Source of the DNA: Camelus dromedarius
Lineage: Eukaryota
DNA: 64,000 bases
Assembly: GCF_036321535.1 (NCBI RefSeq)
Contig: NC_087437.1
Location: forward strand, 95,730,001-95,794,000
Direction: 5' to 3'
In this document: positions 53,464 through 64,000 of the stretch, in pieces
How the letters are laid out: every line of letters begins with the position of its first letter
Position numbering within the stretch: the first letter of the stretch is position 1
The notes under the pieces: model-generated
Seen by the model: the letters and a program-made list of their open reading frames with translations, nothing else
Databases searched by the model: none
What the model was told of the DNA's origin: nothing
Translations under genes and position numbers: made by a program

Positions 53464-55845
53464 ATGTTAAGATATAAAGATATATGTCCATGTAAATAAA
53501 TATATAAACATATATGGACAGGTAGATAGATACAAATATATAAAGACATAAAGAGAAATATATATTCACACCTATTCGCACAGAATGGATTTAAAACATA
53601 ATGTTAAACCATAGCAAGGAAGGTTTTTTCTTGTTAATTTTTTTCTTTTGCTTTAAAAATAATAATAATAATACTCTTTTGCGGGCTACCATTCAGCAAT
53701 TGACAAATTGACATACATGCACATCCACACACACACATATGTATCTTTCTAGCCATCTCTCTATTTATCTAATTGTTTTCTATATAACTGGATAGCTGGA
53801 TTGGAGATTTAGTACTGGATTTTGTAGGATGTGTGCCTTAATTATAGGAAGTCAGAAAGCTTGGGGGATGTATAACATGCCACAGAACATACTGCACTGA
53901 ATACCAGGACAGAAGCACTCCTGGCCACCCACACCACCGGTATTTTGCCTTTGCTCTGCCTGAAGGCAGTTAGGAATTTTGTGTAGGTTTTTTGTTGTTT
54001 TTTTTTTTTTTTTGTCTTGCCTTAATTCTTCTCTTAAACTGTTTGTTACCAGAATATGGTGACTCAAGACTGATTTTGTGCTTTTAATCTTTATATCGAT
54101 GACATATAATTTGGGGGAAAATGAATGTGGATAGAAATCAAATCAGATAAAAATTGTAATGTTTTCTATGTCCCTGGATACTTATATTTTGCTAGTCAGT
54201 GTCCAAAGTATTCCACTACATTAAGAAGATAGCTGTAGGTAAAGTTAACATAGTAGACTTCTGCCACATTTAAAAGATAGCTGTGCAGAAAGTTATTGCT
54301 AACTTTGAACAACTTTAGTTCGTAACTCCAGAATATTGAATTAAGGTTCAGGTTAAAGGTTTCTTCTCAGAAGCCTTTGTCACATATGTTCTGAGATTTT
54401 CCTATGTGGGTAATGAACAAGAGCTATAAATTAAACCAGATGCTCATGGAGCTTCTGTCTTCTTTCAAGTGGTTATTTTTTAAATCCTTTTATCATTGAA
54501 CAATAAAATGAAATATTCAGATTTAACAGAGAAGTCAGGGCTGAGCTACTAAAAGTGGAATTTGAAGCAACACAAATTAAAAACACATCACATCAAACTT
54601 TTTACTTTAAACAAACAAAAAATAAATGCTCCAAGTGCAAGGGCACTCTTATTTTTTGATCCTCATATATTGCATTCTTATGGTTAGTATTATTTTCTTA
54701 AGATCTCAGATATTTCAAAGAAATCTCTCATTCTGAAAAAATATAATAGTTTAGTAACATTTGTGTAGTCATTTATATATATTATTTTATATAAATTTGT
54801 GGGTGAGAAAGTTTGAATGTGGTATTATGAGCCAGTTCTTTATTTTAAACCTTAGGACTTAAAGATCTGCAGTCAGAAGTATGTACAATAAGAAGTGGAA
54901 AAATGAAATAAAAATTTTTCTGTAATTAGATAGGGCAAGTCATCACAAAATATGGAGAATGCATTTTTTGAAGCAAGAATTGGTGTGTTATTCTGCCAAA
55001 ATAATTTTATTTTTCTGATTTATGGTTTTATTTATTTAAAAAAGTCTTTAAATGAACAAAAGCAAAGTTAAATTAAAATATTTATTTAAATAACCATATT
55101 TATTGGAAAATGTGCACTTATCTAAAGGATTCTTTAAGAACTTCTAAAAGGTAGAAATATACAAACTTCCCTAAATTCAGATAAGCGCTAGGTAGTCAAA
55201 TCACCTTAGAAAAAGTATGTTGTCTTAGTAGTAGAAGTAGACTCAGAGAAAACCAGGGCTATATAAGACGTGGGGAGACAGGTAGAAAAATTCTAAAGAT
55301 GGAATAGAAGAGTTGCCACATTAGTAGCCAAAAGAAAAATAGTCCCCAGCATGAAAAAAGTACTAATTTTCCCAAAGAGGGTGAGCACTCTTATACTTAA
55401 TTCTGCATATATGATAACTGATATATACTCCTTGGTTTGTGATAATGACCTTCATATGATTAAGAAGTAGATGTCTCCTTATGATGTTCTTAAATCTATC
55501 CTTATCCCTAACTCCACTCCTTACCAGACGTTCACTTCAAGTAATAAAATGAAACTATCAAATATTCATGAACACCCAGTACTGATCAAAAATACTGCAA
55601 TCTCTCCCAGTCACTCAGGACAGAAAGTCCCTCCCGTGAGAAGAGAATAAAACTCCATGAGCTCAGAGGCAAGGTTTAATATGAATATAGAGTGACTTAT
55701 TGTAAGTAGCTGGTTTCTCTACTGTTCTGTGATTCCTGCTCTCCCCAGAATTGCTATGTATAGTTCAGTGGGGATCTCTGAGTTTCTTTTCAGCTCACAC
55801 TTTCACTAGAGATAAATGGACCCTTATATTTCAATGATACACCCT

Positions 55846-56415
55846 TGTAGCCTATAGACTCCAGAAGCCCTCCCATGGGCCCCACCGCCTGATCCTCACT
55901 CCCTTTTGGAGTCCTCCCCCTCGTTTGTGACTTACTTCTTTCCTGTGGCTTGCTTATAAACAATAGAATGTGGCAAAGTTGCCAGGACACATGTGATTAC
56001 ATGTGTGTAATTACGTGACACATTACATAAGATTCCAGCACCCATCTTGCTGGAGTCTCTTACTCCCTTGCTGGAAGCGAGCAGTCTTGTTATGGGCTAC
56101 CTGTGTTGGGAGGCTCATGTGGCAAGATGCAGACAGCCTCTAGAGAGATGAGGGCAGCAGGAAACTGAAGCCCTCAGTCATAAGGCCACGAGGAAGTGGA
56201 TTCTGCTAACAAAAGCGCATCCATTCCCAGTGGAGCCTCAGATGAGCTTGCAGACCCAGCAGACACACTGAATGAAGACTTGGGAGACCCTATTAGAGAA
56301 TCTGGTTAAGTCATGCCTGACTTCCGACCCACCGAAATTGTGAGATAATGTGTTTTGTTTTAAGCTCCATGTTTGTGGCGCGTGTTTGTGGTACACAGAA
56401 TAGATAACAAATACA
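55846..56415 (+). mobile_element. MLT1 (MaLR) solo LTR with 5-bp TSD
   Basis: caatagaatgtggcaaag...ggaaactgaagccctcagtc...gagcctcagatgag...tgtgagataatgtgttttgttttaagc...tagataacaaataca. Flanks are accct and agcct. Confidence 0.88.
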
Positions 56416-56984
56416 AGCCTGTTTTTTAGTATTAGAGAAGAGGAAAAAAATACATTTTGACAGACACAGAGCCAAGTCAGCAGGAATAAAGTGCAATTAT
56501 AGTCCAAGCTCATCTTCTACCTCCTCTTCGTTCTCAGAGCGTTGTCTGAATGTCTCCACACCTGGACAGCAGGCTGATCAGACCAGGGAGGGTATGTCAC
56601 AATTTGACTGTAAAAGTTAAGTCTCATAAAAATTGATGTGGCAGTAGAGGGAATGCAAGGTCACAGTCTGAAGAGGATATATCGAGGCTTTAAACTGACC
56701 AGACTGAATTTGCTGGCCATTTTTATATCTGTGAGTCTAATGCCGTGGAACCTCCCTGAGACACCGTTAGGAGAGGAGAGAGGGAGCTTTGACAGAATAT
56801 TTAAACGTAGTAGGATGGAAAAAAACCTCAACAATGGCTGGTTTATGCCCCACTGAGCTCAGCCTGCTCGATGAATGGGTGACTCTTGCTGTATTGCAAA
56901 CATCATAGACTGTGAGCCAGAGACTGGAGCTCTCAGCTCTGCTACTTACAAGAATCATAAACTTGATAAAGCTGTCTAGAGACA

Positions 56985-57170
56985 TGCTGAGCTCCTCCTA
57001 CGTACCAAGCAGTAGGTGGGATACTTTACACCTGTTACACTGTGTATTTCTTGCAGTAACTCCATAACTTACCACTGTTTATTTATAAGTGAGGAAGAAC
57101 TTCAATTAGTTATCCAAGGCCATCGAGCTAGGGTTTGTAGTCAGATGTGTTGGATGCCAAAACCCTTCTT
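56985..57170 (-). mobile_element. MIR fragment
   Basis: tgagctcctcctacgtaccaagca...ttataagtgaggaa...ttatccaaggccatc...ggatgccaaaaccc. Confidence 0.55.
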
Positions 57171-58864
57171 AATTCTATCACTTTACACTATCACTTTAAG
57201 GGGCACTTCTCTGTCCTTTCAAATTATGATGTGAGGTTGGAAGAAAATACGTGAAAAACTGATTGGCATGTAGTATGTGCTTATAACCTGGTAACTTGGT
57301 TATCAGTGATCTCCTATTCCTACCTATATTAACTAGTACCCAGTAAAATTAGGTTGTATTGAATATCAAGAGCATTCTTCAAAGTGAAAAGAAAGAAAAA
57401 AGAACAGCGTTCCATTTTATCAAGGTTTAAAAATTAGATTTGAGTATCTCTAGATAAGTCTTTGACATTTAAAAATTTTATACTTTTAGTACTGACAAAC
57501 GGAGCTTTCCTCTCAGCCTGCTGAGTCACAGTTGAACAGTAGAGATAAAATGAGATCCCAAAACATGAAAATTGGGCAAATGACTCAAATCTCCGAACCT
57601 TCCAGATGGTTTGGAAGTTTCCTTCCTTTGGGTGTAAGTGTTGCAGCCTCATTTGTGGAGCAGGAGATCCCAGAGGTTTCATCCCCCACCCCCCTGCACA
57701 CCTTAAGACAATAGTGCCCACCACATTCAATGTCACGGATCAGTGAATTTTAAGAAATGAGCCTGGGACCTAATACCGTGTTGCCAAGCAAAGAACATAA
57801 AAAAAAAAAACAACATACAAAACCTACCGTTTATATCACTATAATTTCATAAGAGAAAGGGCACTTAAAATTGGAAAAGTTGAAAAAAACAGAATAAAGG
57901 ACAGTCCTTCACATGAGTAAATTGAACTTCATGGAGAAAACAGTCTTTCTTTTGTGTAGCACTCTTGTGACTTTCAGCAGACTCCTGAGAACTCTGACAT
58001 TGATGGACACAAATCCTCAGACTGGCCTTGGGGAGCCGTAGACCCAGAGGGTTCCTGAACCCACCCCAGGGTGAAGAGTGCAGCTGGGATTCCGGAGGCC
58101 AGGCAGGCGGTGCTGGGCCACGTCGGAGTGTGGTTAGTCAGCGCCTGCCCGCCATGCTGTGGTGAAAGGCTTCAAGTGGACACCATGTTGTGGTTTGCTT
58201 TCTTACAACCCCGGGAGCCCTGTGTGGTCCAGGTTGGCAATCTCTAGTGGCCCCCGAAGGCCAGAAAATGGCCCAGTTCCACTGTTACATTATTTATGTA
58301 TGCACTTTCCCCTCCCTCCTCTTCCTGATGTGTCAGCCAGAGTGGTCACTGATGCTGTTTTTGGAACACTCTGTCCTTCGGGATTGGAGGGGTCGAATCA
58401 AATGAATACCAACTGTGAAGGAAAACTGAAGTCAGGAAGGGATCACGTTTGTGGTTTTCCGCAGTCTCCCCCCTGAGTTTTCCCCTTTCTATCCCCAGTT
58501 TCCCTGACTTCTCAAGGTTCTGAGACAGAACACTCTCAAAAACACCAGTAGAGGAAACATCACAGACTTTCAGGATCTCCAGGTCAACCCCGTGGACATA
58601 CATGTGAGGAATCTGGGCCTCCCAAAGACACATTTTGCAAAAGGCACAGGGCATGTGAGCACACTCCAGTCTTGATTGAGAAAGAAAATTATTTTCCCCT
58701 GTATTTAGCTGAAACAAGGCTACAGCTTTTCAAAAGAAGCTTTGAAAATAAGAGTGACAGAAAAGGCCCAATAAATACTCAAATAAAGAAGAAAATGAGT
58801 TTTCAGAAAGCACATATTTCATACATTCCTGGACCTTGAAAGGCAGAAGTGCTTTGCTTAAAAT

Positions 58865-59110
58865 AATATGGACTTTAGAAATAGGCCCAAATCTTACCTT
58901 TACCATTTATAAGATTTGAGACTCAAGGCAAAATAACAAACATCCTAAGATTTGAGAAACAGGGCAAAATAACAATCATCTTTTTGTCTTCCTATTGTCG
59001 AACAAAAAATGGGGATGAGAAAACCAAACGTGCAGGACTACTGTAAGGATGAAACGGAACAGTGTATATAAAACTCTGATTCCAGTGCCTAACACTTAGT
59101 AGGTGCTATT
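58865..59110 (+). mobile_element. MIR with internal 36-bp tandem duplication
   Basis: atggactttaga...aaaaatggggatga...gtaaggatgaaa...cagtgcctaacacttagtaggtgct. Duplicated unit at 58910-58945 and 58946-58981. Confidence 0.7.
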
Positions 59111-60579
59111 AGGGAGCACTCAGAATGGACACTGGTTGTGCTTCCCTTGCTTTTACTGGTACAATTAATACCACCTCTGTCAGCTCAGCACTTAGAGAAG
59201 TCCATGGCCTTGCATTTCCCACCACACTGCTCTAGAGAACCCCTCAACGTCTCTGTTTTCAATCTTGGGATGTTTACATCTTTCACTCAGTTTCTTTACA
59301 TTACCTCTTTTGTCCTACAGCTCATGAGCAGGCTGGAATTGTAGAGTGAAATACAGCCTCCCTGACCAGCCAAATAAAGAAATGTACTCAGTGACTAGTG
59401 TTTCACTCACAGAGAAAGATAGCTCCTGATTCTTCCAGCAGTCATTAAAGTATTGTGGAGAAAATGGTGACTTGCTTGGATGTCTCCCTTCTATGGGAAA
59501 TAAAACAGAATTTCTGCATTCCAGGGCTCTTCAAAACCTGGGACTTCTTGAGAACCAGCTGTGTGAAAAAAATAGATTCACAGAGGCAAATTTAAGTCAC
59601 AGTGCTCTTGAAGTATAATGCCTGATTCATATTCCTATAAAAGGGAATCATCGCCAGAGGAGCAAAAATCAGCTTCTAATTTAGTTGTCTAGCAACATAT
59701 TTTACTCTATTGTGTTGGGTCTGTGTTATACATCTTCTAGTTTTTTAGAGCTCCAGCCCCAAGCTCCCCAGGCAGGTTTCTGGCAGGGCAAAGCCTGGTG
59801 CTGGAAGTTAAAAACTGGCATTAGAGGAACCCTGGCCTTGGGAAGGGAGGACGAGAGGTTTGGGAAGCAGTCCTCTCTTTTAAGGGCTGCTAAGCTCAGG
59901 ACTCATTCCTGGTGACCTTCCCTCTTCAACTGGACTCAAGAGTTGGTTTGTCTGTTTCAATTTCCTGTAGCTAGTACCAGGATTTTTTCTTCCTGATCCA
60001 TGGTTTATAAATATAATTAAGTTCTTCCAACACTTGCTTATCTTTAAATGTAGCATAAAATCCTATTTAAGAATTTTGGAAGGTTGGACCCATAAGTAAT
60101 AATGAAAAAATAAGTCCATTTGTAAAAGTTACTCTTAACTGCCAGCTATCTTTGCACCTTCCTTTCCCACCACTGACCCACTCCCCTGGGATCTGTTAGT
60201 GACTTAGACATAACTTATAGGCACCATCTTTCAGCCAGTGGTAAACACACTACAAGCAGGAACAGGTTTGTTTGGGTTTGTGTAGGAAAACTAGACCAGG
60301 CTTATGTAAGAACTGCCCACGGCCACTGGGGTAGGGGCCTCATTGCACGTTGGGGTGGGATAGGGCCGAGGCTTGGGAGGCTGTGCAGAGCTGAGGGTTG
60401 AGAAAACGTCTGTGCATAGGAACAGACTCTGGCAAAGCTATGAGAGAAGAGAGAAAATCTACAAAGCATTCACAGGACGTAGGACATTCCCAGGTCTGTT
60501 GGGCCACTTAGCTGTGTTAGCAGTCCCTAGGTGGTCTGTTTATGTCAGCAGAGGATGCCTATATTATTAGTATCATCTC

Positions 60580-60606
60580 TGTGTGTGTGTGTGTGTGTGT
60601 GTGTGT
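60580..60606. repeat. (TG)n microsatellite
   Basis: Directly visible. Confidence 0.95.
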
Positions 60607-62373
60607 ATTTGGTGAGGGTGGTGGCGTGGAGGGAGTGAGAGGTAAGGGAGGATCACTAGAGTTACACAGATACCAGTGCTACCAATGATTGCCACCTTTA
60701 CCATTGAGAGGAAGGGAGGAACATTTTCTATTTGAAGGGAGCAAACATTCAAAGACACCTGGATCCTGAATGTTGTTTGCTGAAAGAATTTTTGGTAAAC
60801 AAATTTTTTTAAAAAAATCATCTTTTGGTCATAAACCATAATGATTCCATGTGTATAAACATGAAAAATAGTCAAAGATGCTTGTTAAAGTTCATTTCAT
60901 GGTTGGAGAAAGCTTTGTAAGAACTGTTTATAAATCTCTTTGAATGAGAATTACCAACATCTTACCAAAGTTAATGATGACTCTAAGAGGCTCCTGTGAG
61001 ACAAGGGGAGTCTTAGATTATGAAATTTATCACCTAAAATAATTTAAGCATCACTGAAATCTAGGGTTAGGGCTAATTAGAAAAAGGGTAGAATACATGA
61101 TTAAAAATCTAATTATTAAGATTTTGTTATTTAAAAAAAGAAGCAAATTAAGAATGATGCTATTGAAATATCTTTCCTGTTGTAGCACTCGGTTCTGGTT
61201 TTCACAGCGTGATTTCACGGTGATCATACATCTTTACTGACAATTCTGTTTCCTAAGATAATGGATTGTACGTAGGAGAAACCGGATACCACCTTGTGAA
61301 GAACGGCTGGAGATGTTATTCACAGGCAGATCACAAGTGAATTGTGTGCTGGAGAGCTACATTCCTATCCTTAGTGACTCTTAGGACTTTTCCTCACGGT
61401 GTTTCTGAAGTGTGAATTTTGTGTTTATGTTGCAATTAACTTGCAAACAAAATAAGAGGGGAGAAGTCTAGCAATAGTATAAGTGCAGAATATCTCAGGC
61501 ACATATAAATAGTATTTTTGTGGAGTAAGGGTTTAATCCAAAAGTGACCTGGAGTTGTTATGCTTACAATTAAATATGGGGAAACAATTTTCAGTAAAGG
61601 CTACTCTCTATTTCCTAGGCAACTTGCTTTCATTTTAACATCATTTAGCTGTTCACGTGAAAGGAAAGTGATGGCCATAATAGGGGGCCTCCATGAGATC
61701 CCATAAGTGTCAGCTGTTAGGAACAAGGGATTTCATAGGCCAAGAAGAGAACGCATGCATCTTAATTGTAAAGAGATTTAATCTAGGCTAATGAATAAGA
61801 AAATACTATATGATATCTTAGAGCTAAAGTGTAGATAGGTCATCTGAAGGATGTTGAGTGGCGATAATTTTTTATGGCACTGGTGAGCTTGGCTCCACAG
61901 CCACAAAAACTTCAGTCCAGTAGGAAAAATAGGCAAAGAAACCAATTTAGTTCACAAACCAAGCCTCTCCCCAGTGCTTGATACATGCCATCTCCTTTTA
62001 AGAGAGGAACACACTTTACCCAGTATTTCAAAGCCAGCTGATCTTTCTCCAAGAATGAATCGGCATTTAAAAATGCATAGATTGCAGCTGTGCGGAGAAG
62101 ACCACGCCAAAGAAGCCGTTTCCAGATGCCAAGAATCAGTGGATGATTGAGGAGTAAAGTGATACATTGTTTGCTCAACTCACAACCAATGGGAGAAATA
62201 CTTTGGAAGCATAATGGTAAAGAAACTAGCATCAGGCAAGCAGAGTAGATCTCAAGAGGAAAGTGTGGCAGCTACATACAGGGTGAAGTAAATCCTGACC
62301 CAAAGCACAAAAGTCAGGCCTGGGGATGAATAGAGGGGTTGGTCTGAAATCCATGTGAAAGTTTGCCTTAAAA

Positions 62374-62552
62374 CAGTGGCTCTCAGCTCTGAATGCTCAT
62401 TAATATAACCTGGAGAGCTTTAAAACCCAGCATTGCTTCCAAGACCCCACCAGAGACCAATTAAACCCCAAATTACTGAGGGAAGGGCCCAGACAGAAGT
62501 CTTTAAAACTCCCCAGTTGGTGATAACGTGTATCTAGGGTTGAGACATACTG
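62374..62552. mobile_element. MER5A-like hAT-Charlie MITE with degenerate 8-bp TSD
   Basis: Termini cagtggctctca and tgagacatactg. Flanks ccttaaaa and ccttgaag. Confidence 0.8.
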
Positions 62553-63014
62553 CCTTGAAGTCGCTGACCTTGAAAACTTTCAGAAGGGCCAAAAAGAGAA
62601 ACCGCTGCTTCTAAATGTAGGAAGAGTTTCCAGCCTTGGGGCCAAGAGATTTTGCAATCAAGTTTTGATCAGAGATATGCCTTGATATTCTTAATTCTGT
62701 AATTTTTTCTCTTGTTCTCTCAGTGTTTATTCCTTTGTTTACTGGGCCAGTAAGTGATTTTCTGAAAAGCTGAAGTATTCTGTTGTTTATGTAACCTAGG
62801 GAGAAGGTAGGCTGTACAAAAGTCAGGGATAGGGAAGCGCCCCAGTTGAAGTGGGTTTGGGATGTTAGTCTCTGCCCTGCTGTTAGATTGTCTGATTTTA
62901 GGTCAAAATTAATTTTATGAAACTGTGAGAGGATTAGATGTCTAGAAAAAAACATGCCAGGTAAACATTCTTCTGTTTCTCTTCATTTCTACATTGCTGT
63001 AATTTTTCACTACT

Positions 63015-63077
63015 CCTAATAATAGCAGCTATCTCTTAGCAGGCAGCTATTTTTGCTAGGTAGGTGTTACACTAGTT

Positions 63078-63111
<34 letters not shown>

Positions 63112-63280
63112 ATCTCTAACACGCATAATAACCTTGCTAAATAAATAGTTTATCCTTTTCTGGGGTCATAGCTAAGACTTGATGAAATTAGTTTTTTTTG
63201 TTTTTTTTTTTTAAGTCAAACTTATCATTAGAGGCTGAGCAAAGAGTTAAATTCAGGTGTTTGAATCCAAAGCCATCTCT
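63015..63280 (-). mobile_element. MIR (decayed) containing (CA)n
   Basis: aataatagcagctatc...cataataaccttgc...aaattcaggtgtttgaatccaaagcc; (CA)n at about 63081-63109. Confidence 0.55.
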
Positions 63281-63479
63281 GTTTCAGTAAAATTCAGTCG
63301 AACTCCTGCTGTGAAATAATTTCTCTGATGGCTAACAGTGCGTGCACTGTTAATTTAATTTTAGTAAAAATCTCGTGTCTTTTACTTCTTTGAGGAAGAG
63401 TGATGGATTGAGATTAAATTAGCGGGAGACTCTACCAGAAACCGATGGGAAGGATGATTGGGACCAGCTTAATCTTTTT

Positions 63480-64000
63480 AATATATTTTTCTTTATCTTT
63501 GATTTTCTGCAGTTTGACTATGATATGCCTACTTGTAGTTTGTTTGCCATTTATCCTGCTTGGTGTTCTCAGTACCTTGAATTTGTGGTTTGGTGTCTAA
63601 CATTAATTTGGGGAAGTTATCAGTCATTATTTCTTCCAATGTTACTTCTGTTCCTTTCTTTTTTCTCCTTCTGGTATTCAAATTACGTGTATGTCACACC
63701 TTTTATAGTCACACAGTTCTTGAATATCCTGTCCTAGTTTGTTTCTTTGCTTTGCAGTCTTTTTCCTTTTGCTTTTCAGTTTTGGGCGTTTTTATTAACA
63801 TCCTCAAGCTCAGAGATTCTTTCTTTGGCCATGTTCAGTCTACTAATGAGCCTATCAAAAGCGTTTTCCATTTCTGTTAGTGCTTTTTTTTCCCTCTAGC
63901 ATTTCTTTTAAATTCTTAGAATTCCCATCTCTCTCTGCTTACGTTATCCACCTATTCTAGAATGTTGTCTACTTTTTCCATTAGAGCCCTATGATTGATG
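63480..64000 (-). mobile_element. Old L1 ORF1-region fragment (runs off window)
   Basis: ttctgcagtttgactatgatatgcct...aatttggggaagttatcagtcattatttctt...tcctcaagctcagagattctttc...gtctactaatgagcc. Confidence 0.8.

Noticed and set aside
1..64000. Short ORFs in the six-frame track as host genes
   Set aside because: They are 60-150 aa and low in complexity, and many lie in repeats. The only recognisable ones are broken L1 ORF2 pieces. I found no consistent exon chain.

Overview
AT-rich placental-mammal genomic DNA, intronic or intergenic, with no recognisable protein-coding exon. The young L1 3' ends look cetartiodactyl and camelid-like (recalled, not searched), and I saw no Alu, B1, Bov-A or PRE-1 SINEs. 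Much of the window is decayed transposable elements: L2, MIR, MLT1/MLT2 LTRs, four MER34/MER39-like ERV1 solo LTRs, MER53/MER33/MER5A DNA elements, and old and young L1s. The only recognisable ORFs are broken L1 ORF2 fragments. The standout is a 5'-inverted (twin-primed) L1 at 35279-37196, inserted into an LTR with a 16-bp TSD. It carries dense A-to-G changes on the L1 sense strand on both sides of the inversion, which read as T>C on one arm and A>G on the other. This is the pattern expected if an ADAR-hyperedited L1 RNA was reverse transcribed and fixed in the germline. Also notable are a tailless 5S rRNA retropseudogene with a 20-bp TSD, a 66-bp polyadenylated orphan retro-insert with a 14-bp TSD, and a RUNX/AP-1 motif-dense, CpG-retaining candidate enhancer. 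Repeat family names come from remembered consensus motifs, and boundaries are approximate unless a TSD is given.
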